A stretch of 64,000 nt of DNA from an uncultured Alphaproteobacteria bacterium (GTDB taxonomy: Bacteria; Pseudomonadota; Alphaproteobacteria; Rhizobiales; Xanthobacteraceae), in the NCBI GenBank assembly GCA_963751615.1, contig CAVVVG010000007.1:462110-526109 (forward strand), in the 5' to 3' direction. Position numbers and translations under genes: made by a program. A model generated the notes under the pieces. It was not told the origin of the DNA. It did not search any database and saw nothing but the letters and a program-made list of their open reading frames with translations. Of the stretch, positions 57,469 through 64,000 are shown in pieces; the stretch's first letter is position 1; the number at the start of each line of letters is the position of its first letter.

Positions 57469-58824
57469 TCATACCTTGTTGTGCAGCGTGACGAGTTCCT
57501 CGCCGGCGGTCGGATGCAGGGCCACGGTCGCGTCGAAATCCGCCTTGCGCGCGCCCATCTTCACGGCGATCGCTGCCATCTGCACCATTTCAGCCGCTGC
57601 CTCACCGACAATGTGCACGCCGAGCACGCGATCGGTAGCGCGATCGACTACGAGTTTCATCAAGATCGTCGTCGGACGCCCGGAAAGCGTCGCCTTCATT
57701 GGCCGAAATTGGGTTCGATAAATATCTAGGCTGAAGCCCTGCTCTTTTGCCTTCGCTTCGCTGAGCCCGACGACCCCGATTTCCGGTTCGGCGAAGACGG
57801 CGCTCGGCACATTGTCGTGATCAGCGCTCCAGGACTTATTGCCAAAAACCGTATCGGCAAAAGCGTGTCCCTCGCGAATCGCCACTGGCGTCAGTGCCAG
57901 ACGATTAGTGACATCGCCGATAGCGTAAATTGAAGGCACGTTCGATTTCGAAAATTCATCAACAGCAACTGCACCGTTCTGATTCAATTTCACGCCGGCG
58001 GTTTCGAGACCCATATTCTTCGTGTTGGGCATGCGGCCGATGGCGAACATCACCTGGTCAGCCGGATGCCTTTCACCACCTGAGAGCGCCACCTCTAGGT
58101 GGTGGCCACCTTTCTCGATCGATGCGATTGTCTGACCCACGATGATCTTGATGCCCCGTTCCATCATTTCGGCATGAAGATGTTTTCGCACGTCGTCATC
58201 GAAGCCGCGCAGAATTTCTTCGCCACGGTGAACGAGCAATACACCCGCACCGAGCCCGTGAAAGAGACAAGCAAATTCCACCGCGACATAGCCGCCACCT
58301 TAAATCACGATTTGGCGCGGAAGCATTTCAAGATGAAAAGCTTCGTTCGAGGTGATGGCATACTCACCCCCTGGGATATCCGGCAGCACCGGATGGCCGC
58401 CGGCCGCCACCAGAATTGTATCAGCCAGGATGCGCGCACCGTTTGTTAGAATGCGAACAGTATGAGCGTCTTCGATTACCGCGCGCGATGAAATTATCTC
58501 GATGCCCGCGCGACCGAGCGTGGAATGATATGCCGCCTCCAGGCGAGAAATTTCCTTATCTTTGTTTGCGATCAGCGTCGGCCAGTTAAACTTCGTGCCG
58601 GAGAGGGTCCAACCAAATCCTGCAGCATCCTCGAATTCCTGAGAGAACCGACTTGCATAGACGAGAAGCTTCTTGGGAACACAGCCGCGAATGACGCAGG
58701 TGCCACCGACACGATATTCTTCGGCCATCATCACTTGCGCGCCGTGCTGGGCGGCGATGCGTGCCGCACGCACGCCGCCCGACCCAGCACCGATTACGAA
58801 TAGATCAACGTCGCGTTCCGCCAT
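57469..58824 (-). pseudogene. gor: Glutathione-disulfide reductase interrupted by an in-frame TAA (58300-58302)
   Basis: The N-terminal part has DLFVIGAGSGG and the redox centre GGTCVIRGCVPKK. The two track ORFs (58300..58824 and 57469..58281) are in the same frame and read ...[20 protein letters not shown]..., so the stop sits in the second Rossmann GxGxxA motif. Confidence 0.85.
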
Positions 58825-58878
58825 CTTACGTCCTTTGCCGGAACGCGCAGCGGTTTCTTGCCCCGGCTCCGAACGCGA

Positions 58879-59409
58879 TCAGATCTTGTTGCCGCGCTTG
58901 CCCATTTCCTCGCGAATACGGGCCGTGACCTGTTCCTGAATTTTGTTGCCCCACTCACGTGCCTTTGCAAAGCTTTCTTCTAAGACCAGCGGAAGCTCAG
59001 TCACAAGTTTCTTGCCCGTGGGCGAGCTGTAGAACGTTACGAGTTCTTTTAGTTCGGCCTCTGTGAAATGAGAGGCGTAAGATTGAATCATAATCTCTAC
59101 GACCTCAGGTTGACGCTTGAGGAATTCGGGCCCCAACGCTTGGGCGACCTCAAGCAGCGATTTTTGCAGATCGGGATTCTGCTGCACAAGCTGTGCGTAA
59201 GTCTGCTGCACGATCGATGGCAGGATTGGATCGAACGCGCGCGCCGCGCCGGACGCGTCGACGATCTGGCGTGCGAGCTGTACTTGAGCGGCGGTTGGTG
59301 GAGGATTTTTTCCCGCCGGCTGCTGGGCCGATACCGAAGAGGCGAAAAAACCGATCGCAATTGCCAGCGCTCCTGCTTGCAAGGCGCGAGCAACGGTAAG
59401 AAAATTCAT
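58879..59409 (-). CDS. DUF2059 domain-containing periplasmic protein
   Basis: Signal peptide plus ...SYASHFTEAELKELVTFYSSPTGKKLV..., typical of DUF2059. Confidence 0.7.
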   Translation of the reverse strand: MNFLTVARALQAGALAIAIGFFASSVSAQQPAGKNPPPTAAQVQLARQIVDASGAARAFDPILPSIVQQTYAQLVQQNPDLQKSLLEVAQALGPEFLKRQPEVVEIMIQSYASHFTEAELKELVTFYSSPTGKKLVTELPLVLEESFAKAREWGNKIQEQVTARIREEMGKRGNKI

Positions 59410-59441
59410 AATGTTCTCCCTGTCATAAAAAGAAAAATTCG

Positions 59442-60161
59442 TTAGGGCCGCTCCATCACGCGAACACCCTCACTACCGGCGAGGACCGCCCGACGAGCCA
59501 GCCCAATGAAGAGGCCGTGTTCGATGACACCCGGAACTCCGGAAAGACCCTGCGCGAGCAAGCGCGCATTAGGAATCGCCCCAAGACCGGCGTCTAGGAT
59601 CAGGTGTCCCTGATCCGTGACAAAAACATGACCATCCGACTTGTGCCTTAGCCGAATGGGGCCTTCGCAGCCAGAGGCCTTTAGAACGGCCTTTATAGCA
59701 TGGTTTGTAGCTCCCAGCCCGAAATCGATAACCTCGATCGGCAACGGAAAGCGGCCCAGACGTTTCACATATTTGGTCTCGTCAGCCACTACGATCATTT
59801 CGTGCGACGCCGCGGCAACAATTTTCTCTCGCAACAGAGCACCACCGCCTCCCTTAATGAGGGTCAATTCGGGATCGATTTCATCGGCGCCATCGACGGT
59901 GAGATCGAGTTCCGGTTCTTCATCAAGGGTCGTCAGCGGAATACCAAGCCGCTCGGCCTGCGCGCGGGTTGCCTCGGATGTCGGCACGCCGACAACGTCG
60001 AGACCACCCCGCACTTTCTCGGCCAGTAGATCTACAAAGTGTGCCGCGGTGGAACCGGTACCCAGCCCAAGGCGCATGCCCGATTTTACAAATTCTAGCG
60101 CACAGCGGGCGGCTTCGCGCTTAAATCCATCGAGATTCTTCGCCCCGACCGTATTTGACAC
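59442..60161 (-). CDS. rpiA: Ribose-5-phosphate isomerase A
   Basis: [22 protein letters not shown] and [14 protein letters not shown] at 60161 is preceded by a GGAGGG RBS. Confidence 0.9.
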   Translation of the reverse strand: MSNTVGAKNLDGFKREAARCALEFVKSGMRLGLGTGSTAAHFVDLLAEKVRGGLDVVGVPTSEATRAQAERLGIPLTTLDEEPELDLTVDGADEIDPELTLIKGGGGALLREKIVAAASHEMIVVADETKYVKRLGRFPLPIEVIDFGLGATNHAIKAVLKASGCEGPIRLRHKSDGHVFVTDQGHLILDAGLGAIPNARLLAQGLSGVPGVIEHGLFIGLARRAVLAGSEGVRVMERP

Positions 60162-60303
60162 GGGCCAATCCCTCCATCGGCAGGCCAAGGCAGCGGCTGC
60201 TCGCGGCGCGCGGTCCTAGCATGGACCCTTTGGCGTCGCCAGCGCGGCTCGGCAACAGGTTTTCGTGGACTTTTTCTTCCGCCAACGCTAGCCGATGTAC
60301 ATA

Positions 60304-60978
60304 ATGGCTCAACGCCCGACCATCGCTTTCGATCTTGACGGCACGCTCGTCGATACCGCGCCGGATCTCGTGGCCACACTTAATCTCGTACTCAAAGAGT
60401 CCGGGCTGAAACCAATTCCCTTTGACGAAGCCCGCAATATCGTTGGTGGAGGGGCGCGCGTTTTGATCGAACGGGGCCTTGCGCTGGAAGGTGTACAGAT
60501 TTCCCAGGCCGAATTTGACCGAATGCTCGCGCGGTTTCTTTTGCACTATGAGGTACACCTCGCCGACAGTTCATTTGCCTTTCCCGGTGCGAGCGAGACA
60601 CTCGATGCTCTGGCGGCAACTGGTTCGATCCTGGTGATCTGCACGAACAAGTTCGAGCGATTTTCGGTGAAACTCCTGAAAGCACTCGGTCTTGCCGACC
60701 GTTTCGCGTTTATTGCTGGTCCCGATACTTTTTCAGTACGGAAACCGGATCCGGGGCACCTGTTGAACGCAGTATCACGAGCAGGCGGTCATTCTTCCTC
60801 GGTTGTGATGGTGGGCGATTCGAAGACTGATGTGGCTACAGCTCGCGCAGCAAAAGTGCCGGTAATCGCCGTATCCTTCGGCTATTCGGAAACGCCTGCG
60901 AAGGATCTGGGAGCAGATAGGGTCGTGGACTGGCTAAGTGAAATTCCGATTGCGGTAGCAGAGCTACTTAGACGTTAA
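60304..60978 (+). CDS. gph: HAD-family phosphoglycolate phosphatase
   Basis: IAFDLDGTLVDTAPDL (DxDGT motif I) and VGDSKTDVATARAA (motif IV). Confidence 0.8.
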   Translation: MAQRPTIAFDLDGTLVDTAPDLVATLNLVLKESGLKPIPFDEARNIVGGGARVLIERGLALEGVQISQAEFDRMLARFLLHYEVHLADSSFAFPGASETLDALAATGSILVICTNKFERFSVKLLKALGLADRFAFIAGPDTFSVRKPDPGHLLNAVSRAGGHSSSVVMVGDSKTDVATARAAKVPVIAVSFGYSETPAKDLGADRVVDWLSEIPIAVAELLRR

Positions 60979-61248
60979 GTATTGACCACAAACTGAATTA
61001 TTCGCAGCGACAACGCGCCAGCGAGCCTGCCTGGAACATCGCTAACTGTCGTAACCGTCGCATTTTTGACGACCGTTCGGGTCGGCGCGCCGCAAGAAGC
61101 GCACGGCCCTATGATCCAAAGTTATCCGCGCGATACGGGCAATGGAGTCATCATCATGATGAAGGAAATCGACGCCCCGATCCGCGTACTGGATCGGCAC
61201 TGGGGCGGTTTCCCGATGACCTATGAAATATAAAAATGTCGGCCTCGC

Positions 61249-61277
61249 TTGACACTCTTGCGGACCGCTCCTTACAT
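61249..61277 (+). promoter_or_regulatory. Candidate sigma70-type promoter for tRNA-Val (TTGACA-17 nt-TTACAT)
   Basis: Hexamers and spacing were read directly. The -10 element ends 22 nt before the tRNA 5' end. Confidence 0.35.
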
Positions 61278-61299
61278 CTTTGCCGAAATTGCAATCAGT

Positions 61300-61374
61300 G
61301 GGCGCTTAGCTCAGCGGGAGAGCGTTCCCTTCACACGGGAGAGGTCGTAGGTTCAATCCCTACAGCGCCCACCA
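61300..61374 (+). tRNA. tRNA-Val (anticodon CAC), CCA encoded
   Basis: GGGCGCT TA GCTC AGCGGGA GAGC G TTCCC TTCACAC GGGAG AGGTC GTAGG TTCAATC CCTAC AGCGCCC A CCA forms a canonical cloverleaf. Confidence 0.95.
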
Positions 61375-61575
61375 TTTTCTCCAATCAATCCAGCAACTAA
61401 ATCAATTATTGATTCAAAACACGAATGGCAGTTCGTGACATTTCACGACTGAAATGAACGGATAAAAATACGTTAGCCGTGGAGAATCCGTGGACTTTGC
61501 AAATGTCTGCTTTACCCCCGACAGCGGACATTGATCGATGAGCCTCCCATGTCCGCTTTGTGCCAAAAGCGGAAC
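61324..61575 (+). repeat. Direct repeat copy 1 (3' two-thirds of tRNA-Val plus ~200 bp downstream)
   Basis: Aligns by eye with 62367-62619 at an offset of 1043-1044 nt, with roughly a dozen mismatches and one 1-nt indel. Confidence 0.85.
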
Positions 61576-61687
61576 TCAACCTTCTTAGCGGATTCTCAAT
61601 TGGCGTTTGGTCCTCATCGTTGCTGAAAAGCACAAAAACTCGCATAATGAATTCTCGTCAACCGAAAGGTGGAAAGGATTCGTAGTT

Positions 61688-62146
61688 ATGCCCAATTGGG
61701 GTCTCGATTTTCTGAGGTCTATGCGCGACGGAACGCTCTCAAAACCGCCGGCGCCGTTTGTAGCACACCTCAACCTTCGTCAGAGCGCACGTATTGAAGA
61801 GTTCGAGGAAGGGCGCGTGGTCCAGAGCTGGACTGTCGAGAAGCAGTTCACTTTGCCCGACGGCATCGTGCAGGGCGGTTTGCTCTGCGCAATTGCGGAT
61901 ATGAGCCAAACCTTTGCGATTTTTTCGACGCTTGATGCTTTCGAAATCTGGCCGACGCTAGACTTTCATATTCGTTTCATTCGTCCGGTCCGCATGGGCG
62001 AAATTGTGCGCGTCGAAAGTAGGGTCGTGAGTCGAGGTAAGGCAAGCGCTGTGGTCGAGACAACGCTCGAAAATGCTGACGGAAAACTCCTTGCGCGCGT
62101 TACCGGCGGGTGGGCGAAGGCTGGGCGCGAACGCACTTTCGGATAG
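61688..62146 (+). CDS. PaaI-family (hotdog fold) thioesterase
   Basis: MPNWGLDFLRSMRDGTLSKPP...NLRQSARIEEFEEGRV...GIVQGGLLCAIADMS is a typical PaaI/4HBT pattern. Confidence 0.75.
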   Translation: MPNWGLDFLRSMRDGTLSKPPAPFVAHLNLRQSARIEEFEEGRVVQSWTVEKQFTLPDGIVQGGLLCAIADMSQTFAIFSTLDAFEIWPTLDFHIRFIRPVRMGEIVRVESRVVSRGKASAVVETTLENADGKLLARVTGGWAKAGRERTFG

Positions 62147-62210
62147 CACATGACCGGAAGCAAAGCCCTGTGCCGTCGTCCGCGCCTTATTGTCAAATGA
62201 CCTTGTTGCA

Positions 62211-62285
62211 GATGTCGGCTTTGGGTCAAAAGCGGACATGATGCTCTCTAATCACGATGTCCGCCTTACCCCCCGAAAGCGGACC
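62211..62285. repeat. Two-hairpin REP-like unit (atgtcGGCTTTgggtcAAAAGCGGACat ... atgtCCGCcTTaccccccgAAAGCGGAC)
   Basis: Inverted repeats were read directly. The unit is homologous to 63411-63487. Confidence 0.6.
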
Positions 62286-62352
62286 TTTAGCTGCATGCAA
62301 TTCTGATTGAACCGGCGTGGAAAATCCGTGGACTTTTGAAAAAACCGAGTGC

Positions 62353-62417
62353 AATCAATGGCGTGTGTTCCCTACACACGGGAGAGGTCGTAGGTTCAAT
62401 CCCTACAGCGCCCACCA
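62353..62417 (+). pseudogene. Pseudo-tRNA-Val (D-arm deleted, degenerate 5' acceptor strand, U33 to A)
   Basis: gcaatcaatggcgtgtgTTCCCTACACACGGGAG...AGCGCCCACCA. The 3' 51 nt match tRNA-Val with one mismatch (TTCACAC becomes TACACAC). About 18 nt of the D-arm region are missing. Confidence 0.7.
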
Positions 62418-62619
62418 TTTTCTCTAATCAATCCAGCAACTAAATCAATTATTGATTCAAAACACGAATGGCAGTTCGTGACATTTCACGACTGAAATGA
62501 ACGGATAAAAATACGTTAGCCGTGGAGAAACCGTAGACTTTGCAAATGTCTGCTTTACCCCCGAAAGCGGACATTGATCGATGCGTCTCCGCACGTCCGC
62601 TTTGTGCCATTAGCGGACA
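62367..62619 (+). repeat. Direct repeat copy 2 (see 61324-61575)
   Basis: Same as copy 1. Similarity ends at about 62619, just before the terminator hairpin. Confidence 0.85.
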
Positions 62620-62624
62620 CAAAG

Positions 62625-62650
62625 AGGCCGCCAACTGAGGCGGCCTTTTT
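62625..62650. terminator. Rho-independent terminator hairpin (ggccgcc-aactga-ggcggcc plus TTTTTT)
   Basis: 7-bp GC stem followed by tttttt on the plus strand. It lies 40 nt downstream of the minus-strand cache gene stop, so it may serve both directions. Confidence 0.55.
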
Positions 62651-62683
62651 TCGGCTCCGCGGTGCAGAACTCCGGCCGAAGGC

Positions 62684-63163
62684 TCACTCCGGATAGAAGC
62701 CCGAAGCGACCAAACTCGGCACTCCATCCACCTTAACCGCCTTCACGTAGGCCCATTTCTGAGACGCTTGGGTCTGCCCTGGTTTTGGAAACATGTAATC
62801 GACCCATCCCGACCCCTTGGATTCAGCTACCTGAATAAATTCGTGATGAAATAATTTGCCATTGGCATCTTTCTGGCCAGTAGTGTTGGTCCCTTCGCGC
62901 GCTGGAAAAGCAACATTGAGCAGTACGTTCGACTTCAAATCATAGACGAACAAGTAGATGTCACCACTGTACCATTCCGTATCCTTCTTTCTGAACTCGG
63001 AGAAGGCTTCCTTGCCTTTACTATCGATCAGCGCCGCAGCCTTGTTAACTAGCGCTTCGATCTGTTTTGCTTTCTCAGAAGTCGGTGGAGGTTGCTGTGC
63101 GCTCACAGGACTGACCACCATCATCGTGGCAAGCGCAGCGCAAACCAAAAATTTATTGACCAT
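62684..63163 (-). CDS. Periplasmic Cache-like (single Cache_2-type) domain protein
   Basis: Signal peptide MVNKFLVCAALATMMVVSPVSAQQ, then ...DTEWYSGDIYLFVYDLKSNVLLNVAFPAREGTN...GSGWVDYMFPKPG.... GGAGGA RBS. Confidence 0.65.
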   Translation of the reverse strand: MVNKFLVCAALATMMVVSPVSAQQPPPTSEKAKQIEALVNKAAALIDSKGKEAFSEFRKKDTEWYSGDIYLFVYDLKSNVLLNVAFPAREGTNTTGQKDANGKLFHHEFIQVAESKGSGWVDYMFPKPGQTQASQKWAYVKAVKVDGVPSLVASGFYPE

Positions 63164-63410
63164 TGTTTCCTCCTTGGAACGCAGGATAATCGAGCATGCG
63201 TGCCATTTCCGCGTCCGAACGAATGGCCGCTCAATCAAACCAGTTTGAATTTGAGTTGAATGTTCGGACGCCTTGCGTTGGCGTTTCGAAAATTAGCAGG
63301 CTATAGACGCAAGAAAATAGAGCGGGGACCATTTGAGGACCTCACACTTTATAAAGCATTTCCGGTTTTTGAAAATCAGCATTGACCTAAATCAAAGATA
63401 TCTGTCGTCA

Positions 63411-63532
63411 AAGTCGCTTATGGGTCAAAAGCGGAAGTGATGCTCTCTTAATTTATGATGTCCGCTTTACCCCTGAAAGCGGACATCCGACGAACGAGTT
63501 GGCATGTCGGCTAAGTGCCAATAGCGGACATC
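63411..63532. repeat. Three consecutive REP-like hairpins, including a perfect 11-bp stem atgtccgcttt-acccctg-aaagcggacat at 63458-63486
   Basis: Inverted repeats were read directly. They belong to the same family as 61503-61575, 62211-62285 and 62545-62620. Confidence 0.6.
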
Positions 63533-63600
63533 CGCAATTTACGCCTTGTAAGTTCGCGCAAACAATAATCCTAACCACGAGGCGGCTTCCGATCTGCTAG

Positions 63601-64000
63601 TCAAAATTTAATTCTTGCGCCTGTGGTAACCGACTGAATTTCAGTCTTCGTTTGAATTGGAACGCCGAAGTCGGCAGTCGCATTAGCATCGAATTGACGA
63701 TAGACGAGGTAAAGCTCCATCGCCGCAGAATCAATATTTTGGGTGACGCCCGTACCCCACGGGGCAATAGGTAATTCAGCAGATATGCCGATACCCCAGA
63801 AGGAATGGGTGCGTGAAGTGTTGGCACCGGGCAAGCCCGGGACGTTGATTTGAACCTGACTGATCGCGGCTCCGTATTCGCCATAAATCGAAGTGGCTCT
63901 GAACCAGTTCTTGCTTATACCCGTCTGAGTGTACCATTGCTTATCAACGCTGATGCGACCGCCGAGCAGCCAGTACGAACTGATATCTGTCTTGTGCGGG
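63601..64000 (-). CDS. Outer-membrane porin-like beta-barrel protein, C-terminal part (N-terminus beyond the window end)
   Basis: The minus frame is open from the window end to the stop at 63601. The translation ends ...TEIQSVTTGARIKF*, with a C-terminal Phe and alternating beta-strand pattern. Confidence 0.6.
   Translation of the reverse strand, partial: PHKTDISSYWLLGGRISVDKQWYTQTGISKNWFRATSIYGEYGAAISQVQINVPGLPGANTSRTHSFWGIGISAELPIAPWGTGVTQNIDSAAMELYLVYRQFDANATADFGVPIQTKTEIQSVTTGARIKF

Noticed and set aside
5225-58302. Programmed recoding (ribosomal frameshifting, stop-codon read-through or selenocysteine) as the explanation for the three lesions.
   Set aside because: No X XXY YYZ slippery heptamer is present at either frameshift. 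The stop is TAA, not TGA. None of these gene families is known to use recoding. Mutation or sequencing error is more parsimonious.
61156-61233. 25-codon ORF MMKEIDAPIRVLDRHWGGFPMTYEI with a GGAG 8 nt upstream, just before the tRNA-Val promoter.
   Set aside because: It is too short to evaluate without conservation or expression data. It could be real but is unsupported.
61406-62727. ORFs 61406..61645, 61958..62239 and 62449..62727, encoding peptides such as ...MSAFGGKADICKV...
   Set aside because: They are translations of the REP-like hairpin repeats and of the duplicated tRNA-Val flank. Two of them are simply the two repeat copies. There is no RBS or coding signal.
61476-63532. CRISPR-like array, considered because of the recurring palindromic repeats.
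   Set aside because: The repeats are heterogeneous, irregularly spaced, and not separated by uniform unique spacers. No cas genes are present. They fit REP/MITE-like elements instead.
1-64000. Defence systems, prophage, IS elements, integrons, toxin-antitoxin pairs.
   Set aside because: No integrase, transposase, recombinase, reverse transcriptase, restriction/modification, ATPase-nuclease pair or phage structural gene is recognisable on either strand. The GIY-YIG and SRAP proteins are common stand-alone housekeeping-type genes.

Overview
This is a 64-kb chromosomal window from an alphaproteobacterium, probably Hyphomicrobiales/Rhizobiales. That placement is inferred from the acpXL-lpxXL very-long-chain-fatty-acid (VLCFA) lipid A cluster, DUF2865, a TorF-type porin, pssA-psd-Atm1-type ABC synteny and a class II DAHP synthase. 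I count about 60 protein genes, mostly housekeeping or metabolic. They include cysS, gltX, nadE, bioB, rpiA, gph, citramalate synthase, DAHP synthase, mmsA, gcdH, an RND efflux pair, two TRAP transporter sets, pssA/psd, PCu(A)C and OsmC. There are two intact tRNAs, Gln-CUG and Val-CAC. I found no rRNA, CRISPR array, transposase, integrase or recognisable defence or toxin system. Four things are not ordinary. (1) tRNA-Gln is flanked on both sides by low-GC or odd-content islets bounded by short repeats derived from the tRNA itself. The left islet carries an ALDH / FAD oxidase / Rieske-flavodoxin fusion operon. (2) The tRNA-Val locus is partly duplicated in tandem (about 252 bp, roughly 95% identical) around a PaaI thioesterase, and is embedded in a family of GTCCGCTTT...AAAGCGGAC hairpin repeats. 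(3) An ICMT-family methyltransferase and a membrane GxSxG hydrolase-fold protein lie divergent from the lipid A VLCFA cluster. They are candidates for an unassigned lipid-tailoring step. (4) Three otherwise conserved genes carry single inactivating lesions: a DAO-type oxidase frameshift, an lpxXL frameshift and an in-frame TAA in gor. Two further gene remnants are present. No single dramatic novel system is evident. The candidates above are hypotheses from gene context and motifs, not demonstrated functions.
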